From Candidatus Omnitrophota bacterium (GTDB lineage: Bacteria > Omnitrophota > Gorgyraeia > Gorgyraeales > Gorgyraeaceae): a stretch of DNA of 64,000 nt. The notes beneath the pieces are model-generated. The model was not told the DNA's origin. It made no database searches and saw nothing but the letters and a program-made list of their open reading frames with translations. Location: contig JBDRCN010000051.1 of NCBI GenBank assembly GCA_043821705.1, positions 28,007-92,006 of the forward strand, read 5' to 3'. This document shows, one piece after another, positions 8,888-17,928 of this stretch (positions are counted from its first letter, which is position 1; every line of letters starts with the position of its first letter). A program made the position numbers and the translations under genes.

Positions 8888-10678
8888 ATGAGGCTATTCC
8901 AGCCTGATTTTAAGCAAACCAAAAAACAGTTCGAACTTTTTTTAAAATTCGTGAGGCTTATACTGCCTCATAAAGCCAAATGGATATTTATAATCTTATT
9001 AGGGGGTTTCTGGACGCTCTTAAGTGTAGTCAATCCATATATAACAAAGCTGGTTGTGGATGAAGGGATAATGAAGAGTGACCTGAGAAGATTTATAGCG
9101 CTAGCAGCCTTAGGGATCGTGATATTTATTATTCTTGGGGCAATCAATGGATTAAAGGAATATCTGGAGAAAAAAGTAAGCCTAGAGGTAAAATTTAGCT
9201 TAAATAAAATAGTTTTTGATAAGATCAATAAACTTTCTCTCAGCTGGTTTAGGACTAAATCAACAGGAGAGAATATCTATAAGATCAGTAATGACATTGA
9301 TAGGGTAAATAGCCTTATTACGACTATCCCTCCTAAAGCAGTAATGCTTTTTCCAAGAGTGATCTTTATCTTTTTAATAATGTTAAAGCTGAATTACAAA
9401 ATTGCTTTATTTTCATTGCTTTTAGCGCCATTTTTGTATATAGGCCCGTATTACTTTATCAAGAAACGTAGATCGATCTGGGAAAAATTAATAGAGTGCT
9501 CTCAAGGTATATTTAAATTTTTACATGAAAGTTTTTCACATAGCTATCTTATAAAAGCATTTGGCAAGGAGAGAGAAGAAAAGGACAAGTACTTAAAAAT
9601 ACTAAAAGATAATATTGAGATAGAAAAGACCAGCACAAAGCTAAACATTTTTAATAGCTTTGTTGCAAGGATAGCAGATAAGATCATAGTAGGGCTGATC
9701 ACTTTTTATGGCGGATACCATGTTATTAAGGGAGAGATGACTCTAGGGAGCCTGACTGCGATCTTAGTCTATCTAGGGCAACTGGTAGGCATGCAGCACG
9801 GGTTTATAGGATTTTTCCAGAGCACTGTCCTAGGCCTCGTATCATGCGAAAGGATAGCAGGTATCCTGGATGAAAAAGAAGAAATCACTGAAACATGTGA
9901 CGCAAAAGATATTTTAATTAAAAAAGGCGAAATAGAATTTAAAAAAGTAAATTTTGGATATTCTAAAGGTAAAGCTATTTTAAAAGATCTTGATTTCAAA
10001 ATAGAGGGCGGAAGGCATATTAGCTTAGCTGGTTCTTCGGGGCAAGGCAAGACCACAATCTTAAACTTGATCGCAAGGCTTTATGATGCGGATAGCGGTG
10101 AAATAATGATCGATAGGCAGTATATAAAAGACATCACGCTTAACTCCTTAAAAAAACAGATCAGCATGGCATTGCAGGAGACATTTCTTTTTAATACAAG
10201 CGTAAAAGACAATATCCTCTATGGGGACGGGAATGCTAGCTTAGAAGATGTTATAAGAGTGAGCAAGATTTCTTTAGTAGATAGTTTTACTGAAAATCTG
10301 CCAGAGAAGTATGACACAGTTATAGGTGAAAATGCATGTAAGATCTCAGAGGGACAGAAGCAGAAGATCGCTATTGCGAGAGCTTTAATTAAAAATCCTA
10401 AAGTTTTGATCCTAGATGAAGCATTTTCATCTATGGATTCAGCTAGCGAAGATAAGATAATATCGAACATAAAAGAAAATTTTAAGGATATTACAGTAGT
10501 CAGCGTCTCCCACCGCTTATCAACAGTAAAGCAATCAGACCTGGTGTATTTTTTAAATAATTCTGGGGGGATAGAGGTAGGTAAGCCAGAAGAACTTTTA
10601 GAAAAGAACATGGAATTTGAGGAATTGTTCAAGGGACAGAGGGAATTGACCATATCAGACCCGGGGTCTAATACATAA
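8888..10678 (+). CDS. ABC exporter, fused permease and ATPase (no C39 peptidase domain)
   Basis: 596 aa. An N-terminal 6-TM domain is followed by Walker A GSSGQGKTT, an ISEGQKQKIAIARAL signature, and Walker B LILDEA. Confidence 0.85.
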   Translation: MRLFQPDFKQTKKQFELFLKFVRLILPHKAKWIFIILLGGFWTLLSVVNPYITKLVVDEGIMKSDLRRFIALAALGIVIFIILGAINGLKEYLEKKVSLEVKFSLNKIVFDKINKLSLSWFRTKSTGENIYKISNDIDRVNSLITTIPPKAVMLFPRVIFIFLIMLKLNYKIALFSLLLAPFLYIGPYYFIKKRRSIWEKLIECSQGIFKFLHESFSHSYLIKAFGKEREEKDKYLKILKDNIEIEKTSTKLNIFNSFVARIADKIIVGLITFYGGYHVIKGEMTLGSLTAILVYLGQLVGMQHGFIGFFQSTVLGLVSCERIAGILDEKEEITETCDAKDILIKKGEIEFKKVNFGYSKGKAILKDLDFKIEGGRHISLAGSSGQGKTTILNLIARLYDADSGEIMIDRQYIKDITLNSLKKQISMALQETFLFNTSVKDNILYGDGNASLEDVIRVSKISLVDSFTENLPEKYDTVIGENACKISEGQKQKIAIARALIKNPKVLILDEAFSSMDSASEDKIISNIKENFKDITVVSVSHRLSTVKQSDLVYFLNNSGGIEVGKPEELLEKNMEFEELFKGQRELTISDPGSNT

Positions 10679-10712
10679 AAGATACTAGGGCAAGACCCCG
10701 GGTCTTGAATAT

Positions 10713-11606
10713 ATGATATCCGTAATAGTTGTAAATCATAATAGAAGCGCGCTATTGAAGAGGTGTCTTGAGTCTCTTAGGGGCCAGAGCCTTATGGACT
10801 TTGAGGTCATTGTGGTTGATAATGCATCTAGTGATGATAGTGTAGAGATGGTAAAGACCTATTTTCAGGATGCAAAGGTCATACAAAACACAACTAACCT
10901 ATATTTCTCAAAAGCATATAACCAAGGCATGGAAGCATCATACGGAAGTTTCATCCTGTGCTTAAATAATGATGCGTACCTGGAGAAAGATTTTTTAAAA
11001 GAAGCGCTCTTTGCTATAGGAAAAGATGAGAAGATAGGCATGGTAAGCGGAAAGATCCTTCGCGAAGATAAATTGACCATAGATTCAACAGGGCTGTTTT
11101 TAGGGAGAAATCGCAAGCCTATAGAAAGGGGTTACGGGTTACCCTCCTACGCCAAGGCTACGGAGGGCAGGCGGGATACGGGGCTGTATGATAAAGAAGA
11201 ATATATCTTCGGAGTAAGTGGCTCATGCGCATTTTACAGGAAAAAGATGCTCGAAGACATAAAAGATAAACATGGGTATTTCGACGAGAGGTTCGAGATG
11301 TATTATGAAGACTTGGACCTTTCCTGGAGAGCGCAGAAGAAGGGATGGAAAGCGTATTATACGCCTAAGGCGATAGCATATCATAAAAGGAGTTCAGGTT
11401 TTTTCACGATCCCAGATGACTTAAAGAAAAAATATATAAGGAATCGCTATTTATGCATGAAGAAAAACGATTCATTAAAAGATGTCATATGGAATATACC
11501 CTTTATATTAATATATGAAATTAAACTTTGGGGCTATATGATGTATAACTATTTTAGATCCCGGATCTTAAACATAGAAAAAACTCCGGCAAGATCCGGG
11601 ATCTGA
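10713..11606 (+). CDS. Glycosyltransferase family 2
   Basis: It has an N-terminal MISVIVVNHNRSALLKRCLESL...VVDNASSDDS DxD-type GT-A fold signature. Confidence 0.8.
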   Translation: MISVIVVNHNRSALLKRCLESLRGQSLMDFEVIVVDNASSDDSVEMVKTYFQDAKVIQNTTNLYFSKAYNQGMEASYGSFILCLNNDAYLEKDFLKEALFAIGKDEKIGMVSGKILREDKLTIDSTGLFLGRNRKPIERGYGLPSYAKATEGRRDTGLYDKEEYIFGVSGSCAFYRKKMLEDIKDKHGYFDERFEMYYEDLDLSWRAQKKGWKAYYTPKAIAYHKRSSGFFTIPDDLKKKYIRNRYLCMKKNDSLKDVIWNIPFILIYEIKLWGYMMYNYFRSRILNIEKTPARSGI

Positions 11607-11655
11607 AATATAGGATCTGAAACATAGAAAAACTCCGGCAAGATCCGGGATCTGA
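11546..11655. repeat. Tandem direct repeat (~40-bp unit, 2 copies) containing GATCCCGGATC/GATCCGGGATC hairpins. It overlaps the 3' end of the GT2 gene.
   Basis: aacatagaaaaa(a)ctccggcaagatccgggatctga occurs twice. The inverted motif gatcccggatc pairs with gatccgggatc. Confidence 0.7.
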
Positions 11656-11674
11656 TGATAAGTAAAAGAAGTGC

Positions 11675-11703
11675 TTGACGAAATAAATAATACATAGTAT
11701 AAT
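11675..11703 (+). promoter_or_regulatory. Sigma-70-like promoter of rpsO (TTGACG-17-TATAAT)
   Basis: -35 at 11675-11680 and -10 at 11698-11703, 24 nt upstream of the rpsO ATG. Confidence 0.6.
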
Positions 11704-11726
11704 TACTGCTCGGAGGTAAGAAAGAG

Positions 11727-11996
11727 ATGGCATTAGAAGCAAAGAGAAAATTAGAACTAGTAAAGGATTTTTCAGAGCACGAAAAAGATACAGGTTCTTG
11801 CAGTGTTCAGGTAGCGCTTTTGACTGAAAGAATTAATACTCTTACAGTGCACTTTAAAGAGCACAGGAAAGATTTTAATTCCAGGGTGGGGCTTTTACGC
11901 CTAGTAAGTCAGAGGAAGAGATTGCTAGAATATCTAAAAAGAGAAAACACTGAAAAATATCGCGAGCTCACAGAAAAACTCAATCTAAAAAAGTAA
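11727..11996 (+). CDS. rpsO: 30S ribosomal protein S15
   Basis: 89 aa with conserved S15 sequence ([39 protein letters not shown]). Confidence 0.95.
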   Translation: MALEAKRKLELVKDFSEHEKDTGSCSVQVALLTERINTLTVHFKEHRKDFNSRVGLLRLVSQRKRLLEYLKRENTEKYRELTEKLNLKK

Positions 11997-12001
11997 TTTA
12001 G

Positions 12002-12066
12002 GGGCGGATTGCTTAGAGGTCTATTTAGTGTCTAACTAAAAAAGACCCTTGAAATCCGCCTTTTTA
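12002..12066 (+). terminator. Stem-loop with T-run between rpsO and pnp (attenuator or RNase III-type processing hairpin)
   Basis: ggcggatt...aatccgcc followed by ttttt. Confidence 0.5.
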
Positions 12067-12085
12067 ATAAAAAAAAGAGGGCAAT

Positions 12086-14158
12086 ATGAAAGTAGAGAAA
12101 ATAATAGGCAGAGAGAATCTCGTAATAGAAACAGGTAAGATGGCTAAGCAGGCGAATGGCGCTGTGTGCGTTCAATATGGGGGCACAGTAGTGCTAGTGA
12201 CAGCTGTCTCTAGCAAAGAGGTAAAGAAGGGGATAGATTTCTTCCCTTTAATGGTGGAATATAAAGAAAAGACATATGCTGCTGGTAAGATCCCAGGAGG
12301 GTATTTTAAAAGAGAAGGACGTCCTACAGAAAAAGAGATATTAACAGCTCGTCTTATAGATAGGCCTATCAGGCCGCTTTTTCCAGAAGGATATATAAAT
12401 GATGTGCAAGTATTTGCAACAGTGCTTTCAAGCGACGGGGAGAATGATTCTGACATCCCTTCCTTAATAGGGGCATCGTGCGCGCTGCATATATCAAATA
12501 TTCCTTTTTTAGGGCCAATAGGGGCTGTAAAGATAGGCATGATAAATGATGAGTTTATAGTCAATCCTACTTTTAAGGAGACAGAAGAGAGTAAGCTCAC
12601 TTTATTGGCAGTAGGACTTAAAGATAAAATAGTCATGATAGAATCCGAAGCTAATGAGGCATCAGAAGAAAAGATGCTTGAAGCTCTGGAATTTGCGCAA
12701 AAATATATAAAAGAGAGCATAGCTATCCAGGAAGACCTAAGAAAACAGTGCGGGATAGAAAAAGTAACACCAGTATTAGCAACTATCGATCAAGGGCTTT
12801 ATGAAAAAGTAAAGTCGCTCGCTCTAAAAGAGCTTCAAAAAGCAGTCAGTCTTTCCAAGAAAGAAGAAAGAAATGAAAAGAAAGACCAGCTAGTCAAGGA
12901 AGTGGTCGAGAAGCTAAAGGCAGAGGATGAGGAATTATCAGAAGTAGAGATAAAAAATGCCCTGCACAAGCTGGAAAAAGAAGAGATAAGAGCTTTTATC
13001 TTAAAAAATAATAAGAGGATCGATGGAAGAGGTTTTGAAGAGGTAAGGGCAATAACATGTGAAGTAGGGGTTCTTCCCAGGACACATGGTTCAGGGCTTT
13101 TTACCAGAGGAGAGACCCAGAGTCTTTCCGTTACTACCTTAGGCACTGGCCAGGATGAACAGAGGATCGATTCGCTAGAGGGCGAACAGTTCAAGACCTT
13201 TATGCTTCATTATAATTTCCCGTCTTTTAGCGTGGGAGAAGTAAGGCCAGCTAGAGGGCCAGGAAGACGCGAGATAGGCCATGGCGCATTAGCTGAAAAA
13301 GCTTTTAAAGCAGTTATACCCCCAGCTGAAGAATTCCCATATACAATAAGGGTAGTCTCAGAGATATTGGAATCAAATGGCTCTAGCTCTATGGCAACAG
13401 TCTGCGCTAGCACGCTTTCTCTGATGGATGCAGGGGTGCCTATTAAAAAACCTGTAGTGGGGATCGCGATGGGATTAGTAAAAGAAGGAGATAAAGCAGC
13501 TATTCTTACTGATATAGCAGGAGAAGAAGACCATTTTGGGGATATGGATTTTAAGGTCACTGGGACTGAGAGCGGTATAACAGCAGTTCAGATGGACTTA
13601 AAGATAGATGGTATAGGCCTGGCTTTAATAAAGAAGATCATGGCTCAGACCAAACCTGCGAGAGAATCTATAATGGCAAAGGTATTGGAAGTCATACAGA
13701 ACCCTAGAAAAGAACTTTCTACATATGCTCCTAAGATAGAGACCCTTACAATTGACAAAGACAAGATAAGGGATCTTATCGGCCCTGGTGGAAAAATAAT
13801 AAAAAAGATCATTGCTGATACTGGAGCGACCATTGAAGTGGATGATGACGGTAAAGTAGCAATATCATCTGACAATCAAGAGGCTATAAATAAGGCGATG
13901 GAGATCGTAAGAGGTATCGCAGGAGAGCTCGAGATAGGTGCAGTGTTTAACGGCACCGTGACGAAGATAATGAATTTCGGGGCATTTGTCGCGTTATTCC
14001 CAGGCAGAGAAGGCCTAGTGCATGTATCTGAATTAGCAGGCGGATTCGTGAAGAATGTCGAGGATGTAGTAAAAGTCGGAGATAAAGTAAAGGTTAAGCT
14101 CGTTAAAATAGACGAGATGGGCAGGCTGAATCTCAGCATGAAACAGGCAAAAGAATAG
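12086..14158 (+). CDS. pnp: Polynucleotide phosphorylase
   Basis: 690 aa with RNase PH, KH and S1 domains. The order is the canonical rpsO-pnp. Confidence 0.95.
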   Translation: MKVEKIIGRENLVIETGKMAKQANGAVCVQYGGTVVLVTAVSSKEVKKGIDFFPLMVEYKEKTYAAGKIPGGYFKREGRPTEKEILTARLIDRPIRPLFPEGYINDVQVFATVLSSDGENDSDIPSLIGASCALHISNIPFLGPIGAVKIGMINDEFIVNPTFKETEESKLTLLAVGLKDKIVMIESEANEASEEKMLEALEFAQKYIKESIAIQEDLRKQCGIEKVTPVLATIDQGLYEKVKSLALKELQKAVSLSKKEERNEKKDQLVKEVVEKLKAEDEELSEVEIKNALHKLEKEEIRAFILKNNKRIDGRGFEEVRAITCEVGVLPRTHGSGLFTRGETQSLSVTTLGTGQDEQRIDSLEGEQFKTFMLHYNFPSFSVGEVRPARGPGRREIGHGALAEKAFKAVIPPAEEFPYTIRVVSEILESNGSSSMATVCASTLSLMDAGVPIKKPVVGIAMGLVKEGDKAAILTDIAGEEDHFGDMDFKVTGTESGITAVQMDLKIDGIGLALIKKIMAQTKPARESIMAKVLEVIQNPRKELSTYAPKIETLTIDKDKIRDLIGPGGKIIKKIIADTGATIEVDDDGKVAISSDNQEAINKAMEIVRGIAGELEIGAVFNGTVTKIMNFGAFVALFPGREGLVHVSELAGGFVKNVEDVVKVGDKVKVKLVKIDEMGRLNLSMKQAKE

Positions 14159-14170
14159 GGGTAACCTCCT

Positions 14171-14911
14171 ATGACCTTTTTTGAAGCCGTCATATCAGGT
14201 ATTGTCCAAGGCATAACAGAATTCCTTCCAGTGTCCAGCTCAGGACATCTCGTAATCTTACATCATATGTTCGGGGTCAATGAGCCGCAGGTATTTTTTG
14301 ACATATTTCTGCATCTAGGCACTCTTATTGCGATATTTATCGTCTTTTGGAGAGATATCGTAGACCTCTTTTATTCCAAAAAGAAAAACCTCATCCCTCT
14401 ACTTATAGGGACTATAGTCACAGTAGGATTTGTCCTTATATTTAAAGACAGTATAGAGAATATTTTTGCAAGTACTAAGATAGTAGGCTTTATGCTTATT
14501 GTAACAGGAGCTTGGCTTATAGTAGGAAGCTTTATAAGGTTCGGAGGCGAGACGTTATCAGGCTTTAAAGCAGCTATTGTGGGGCTTGCCCAAGGCATAG
14601 CTAGTATCCCCGGGATCTCAAGGAGTGGGGCTACTATTTCTACTGGCATGTTTTTAGGCCTTTCCAGTAAAGCTGCTGCTAGATTTTCATTTTTACTCTG
14701 TATCCCTGCTATAATAGGCGCTTTTATACTCAAGGCAAAAAGCGGGTCAATGGAAGGTTTTAATATTAATTATATAGTAGGGCTCATTACTTCTTGCATT
14801 ATAGGTGTTTTATCATTAAAATTATTATTAAGGATGCTTTTTAAAGACAGGCTCTGGATATTTAGTTTTTACTGTATTATATTAGGAGTAGTTGTAATAT
14901 TTTTCTTATGA
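14171..14911 (+). CDS. uppP: Undecaprenyl-diphosphatase
   Basis: The GITEFLPVSSSGHL motif is present and the protein is polytopic. Confidence 0.9.
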   Translation: MTFFEAVISGIVQGITEFLPVSSSGHLVILHHMFGVNEPQVFFDIFLHLGTLIAIFIVFWRDIVDLFYSKKKNLIPLLIGTIVTVGFVLIFKDSIENIFASTKIVGFMLIVTGAWLIVGSFIRFGGETLSGFKAAIVGLAQGIASIPGISRSGATISTGMFLGLSSKAAARFSFLLCIPAIIGAFILKAKSGSMEGFNINYIVGLITSCIIGVLSLKLLLRMLFKDRLWIFSFYCIILGVVVIFFL

Positions 14912-17127
14912 GCAGAGACAAGATAGATCTGATAAAGGGTATAGGACTTTTTGCATTGATGCTATTTTTATTAGCAGCGATGTTCTCTTATTCGCCTTAT
15001 GATATAAAGTTCGAGACATCCACGCCGAATCTCCACATCAGGAATTACGCAGGTATCACAGGCGCTTATATCTCATGGTCGCTTTTCAGGATGGTCGGGT
15101 ATAGCGGGTTCTTCATACCGTTTCTTTTCCTTATCTGGGGCATTGGGATATTAGCAGAGAGGTTAAAACAAGGATATGTTATAAGGTTTTTAGGACTAGT
15201 GCTTTTCTTTTCGTCCATATCTACGTTTTTCTGCTTGAGCGCTATGGGGGACAGTGTAGCGATGGTAGAAAGAGGAGGCCTTGTAGGTTATTTCTTTTCA
15301 AATCTTCTGCTCGGGTATTTTGGCAGGATAGGAAGCTTCATAATCACTGGAGCCTTAAGTGTCCTTGCGCTCTTGGTAATAACAGAGTTTTTAGTAATAC
15401 CCCTGATCTCATTTTTATTTTTAAGGATATGGAACCTGATAAGAGAGCTAAAGCTTAGAAGAGCAGAAAGAGCTATGCTAAAGAAGGTAAGTCCTAGACG
15501 AGAAAGGCCTAGGTTAAAGCCAGCGATAAGGGTGCAGAGGAAACTCCCAAAAGTAAAAGACGAGAAAGAGGATGAAGAAGAAGAGGAGGAGGAAGAAGAG
15601 GATGAGATAGCCCCAAGATCATTACCAAAGATAAGCCTACCAAAACCCAAGCCTCCTAAAAAATCAATAAAGATAGAGCCTAGGATAGTAGGAGATTATA
15701 AAATGCCTCCTTTAGACCTTTTATCCGTAGGAGATATAAAAACAGTAAATATCTTAGAAGAAGACCTAGAAACTTCTTCCAGGATATTGGAAGATACATT
15801 ACGCGATTTTAATATAGAAGTAAAGGTGGTCAATGTAAGTAAAGGCCCAGTCATCACTAGATATGAGCTTCAGCCAGCTCCAGGCGTAAAGGTACACAGG
15901 ATCACATCTTTAAGCGATGACATTGCTCTTACCATGAAAGCAACCACTGTGAGGATCGTAGCGCCTATACCTGGCAAATCTGCAGTGGGCATAGAAGTGC
16001 CTAATCAGAGCTCCTCTTTAGTATATCTAAGAGAGGTCTTGGAGTCATCAGAGTTTCAGAAAAAAGCAAAGACCTCGAAGCTTACTATGGCTCTCGGAAA
16101 AGATATTTCAGGCAGGAGTGTAGTAGCGGAGCTGGGAGATATGCCGCATCTTTTGATAGCAGGCACTACTGGGAGCGGAAAGACAGTTTGCGTGAACTCT
16201 ATTATAATGAGCATGATATATAATGCGACCCCTGACGAGCTTAAATTTATAATGGTAGACCCGAAGATGGTGGAGTTAGCCATATATAATGGCCTGCCGC
16301 ATCTATTGTGCCCAGTGGTCACAGATTCTAAGAAAGCATCTGGAGCGCTTCTTTGGGTGGTAAATGAGATGGAAGATAGATATAAAAAACTTGCTAAGGT
16401 AGCTGCCAGGAACATAGATGCATTTAATAAAAAAGTAGAAACGCAAGACGAGAAACTGCCTTTTATAGTAGTTATTATAGATGAGTTGGCAGACCTGATG
16501 ATGATAGCTCAGCATGAGGTAGAGAATACTATCACTAGACTGGCTCAACTTTCAAGAGCTGTAGGCATACACATTATACTTGCTACACAGAGGCCTTCTG
16601 TAGATGTAGTGACTGGCGTTATAAAAGCGAATTTCCCTGCAAGGATATCTTTTAAAGTAGCTTCAAAGGTAGATTCAAGGACAGTGCTGGACATGAATGG
16701 AGCTGATAAGTTATTAGGAAAAGGCGATATGCTATTTCTGCAGCCCGGGAATGCAAAGCCGATCCGCGCCCAGGGAACGCTTCTATCAGATAATGAGATA
16801 GAAAAAGTAGTCGGATTTATAAAAGAGCAGAGAGAGCCTTTCTATGATGATGAGATATTGGAGCAGCAGAAAAAAAGTTTATCTAGCAGGGGTGGGTTTG
16901 ACAAAGATGAGTTTTTTGATGAAGCAGTACAGATGGTGCTGGAGACAGGCCAGGCATCAGTATCAATGATCCAGCGCAGGCTCAGGCTGGGGTATACCAG
17001 GGCTGCCAGGCTCATAGATTCCATGGAAGAAGAGGGCATTGTAGGTTCTTATAGAGGTAGCAAACCAAGAGAGATACTTATTAAAGAATATAAACCTAAA
17101 GAAGAGATCGAAGCAGGGGAAGCTTAA
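14908..17127 (+). CDS. ftsK: DNA translocase FtsK
   Basis: It has N-terminal TM segments, an acidic low-complexity linker, a Walker A GTTGSGKT motor domain and a C-terminal gamma winged-helix domain. Confidence 0.9.
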   Translation: MSRDKIDLIKGIGLFALMLFLLAAMFSYSPYDIKFETSTPNLHIRNYAGITGAYISWSLFRMVGYSGFFIPFLFLIWGIGILAERLKQGYVIRFLGLVLFFSSISTFFCLSAMGDSVAMVERGGLVGYFFSNLLLGYFGRIGSFIITGALSVLALLVITEFLVIPLISFLFLRIWNLIRELKLRRAERAMLKKVSPRRERPRLKPAIRVQRKLPKVKDEKEDEEEEEEEEEDEIAPRSLPKISLPKPKPPKKSIKIEPRIVGDYKMPPLDLLSVGDIKTVNILEEDLETSSRILEDTLRDFNIEVKVVNVSKGPVITRYELQPAPGVKVHRITSLSDDIALTMKATTVRIVAPIPGKSAVGIEVPNQSSSLVYLREVLESSEFQKKAKTSKLTMALGKDISGRSVVAELGDMPHLLIAGTTGSGKTVCVNSIIMSMIYNATPDELKFIMVDPKMVELAIYNGLPHLLCPVVTDSKKASGALLWVVNEMEDRYKKLAKVAARNIDAFNKKVETQDEKLPFIVVIIDELADLMMIAQHEVENTITRLAQLSRAVGIHIILATQRPSVDVVTGVIKANFPARISFKVASKVDSRTVLDMNGADKLLGKGDMLFLQPGNAKPIRAQGTLLSDNEIEKVVGFIKEQREPFYDDEILEQQKKSLSSRGGFDKDEFFDEAVQMVLETGQASVSMIQRRLRLGYTRAARLIDSMEEEGIVGSYRGSKPREILIKEYKPKEEIEAGEA

Positions 17128-17136
17128 GACAGGTCT

Positions 17137-17928
17137 ATGTCCCATTCATTAGGCACAACATTAAAAAAACTACGAGAAGCGAAGGATCTATCAATAAAAG
17201 AGGTCTCCGAGAGGACCCGCATACCTAAGTCAATAATATCGAATATAGAAGAGGACAAGGTAGAAGCCATCTCTTCAAGTTTTTATGCAAGAAGCTTTGT
17301 CAGATCCTATTCTGAGTTTTTAAATGCTACAGAAGAAAAATCAGTTAAGGATTTCCTCAGTAGAGCGCCCAAGAAAGACACGCCATCCTTAGAACTAAAA
17401 CCACAGACACCCGTAGAGACAAAAATATCTTTTGATTGGCTGGTAAGGCATAAAACACATATCATCCAGGGAGTAGCTACAGTAGTAGGGATATGGATAT
17501 TATTTTTAGGGGTCCTGGGCGTAAAGAATCTAGCAAAAAATGCTATGACTCGACATAGAGAAAAGGTCAAGCTTGTAGAAGTTGTGAAAAAAGCTGAAGC
17601 GCCAAAACCTGCGCCACTCCCTAAAGAAGAACCAAAAGTAGAGCCAGTAGTAGAAGAAAAAAAGATAGAGGCGAGTTTTGAGCTGGAGATCTTAGCGCGT
17701 TACAATGTATGGCTTGAAGTTGTGAGCGATGGGGGGTTGAAATTTAGAGGTATCCTTAAAAAAGGCGAGAAGGATATCTGGCATGCTGAAGAAGCAATAA
17801 ATCTGAAGATAGGGAATGCAGGAGCAACGCTCTTTAAATTAGATGGGAAAAGCCTGGGCTCTCCCGGCGGAAAAGGGGAGAAGGTAATGGCTGTAGTGAC
17901 AAAAGACGGATTTAAAAAACAGCAGTGA
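17137..17928 (+). CDS. RodZ-like HTH (XRE) domain membrane protein
   Basis: It has an N-terminal HTH (LKKLREAKDLSIKEVSERTRI), a single TM segment, a Lys/Pro/Glu-rich linker and a C-terminal DUF4115-like domain. Confidence 0.6.
   Translation: MSHSLGTTLKKLREAKDLSIKEVSERTRIPKSIISNIEEDKVEAISSSFYARSFVRSYSEFLNATEEKSVKDFLSRAPKKDTPSLELKPQTPVETKISFDWLVRHKTHIIQGVATVVGIWILFLGVLGVKNLAKNAMTRHREKVKLVEVVKKAEAPKPAPLPKEEPKVEPVVEEKKIEASFELEILARYNVWLEVVSDGGLKFRGILKKGEKDIWHAEEAINLKIGNAGATLFKLDGKSLGSPGGKGEKVMAVVTKDGFKKQQ

Noticed and set aside
12172-14214. Several 76-182-aa ORFs on the minus strand inside pnp
   Set aside because: They are embedded antisense in a highly conserved PNPase gene. They are Ser-rich with low-complexity translations and have no RBS, so they are frame-shadow artefacts.
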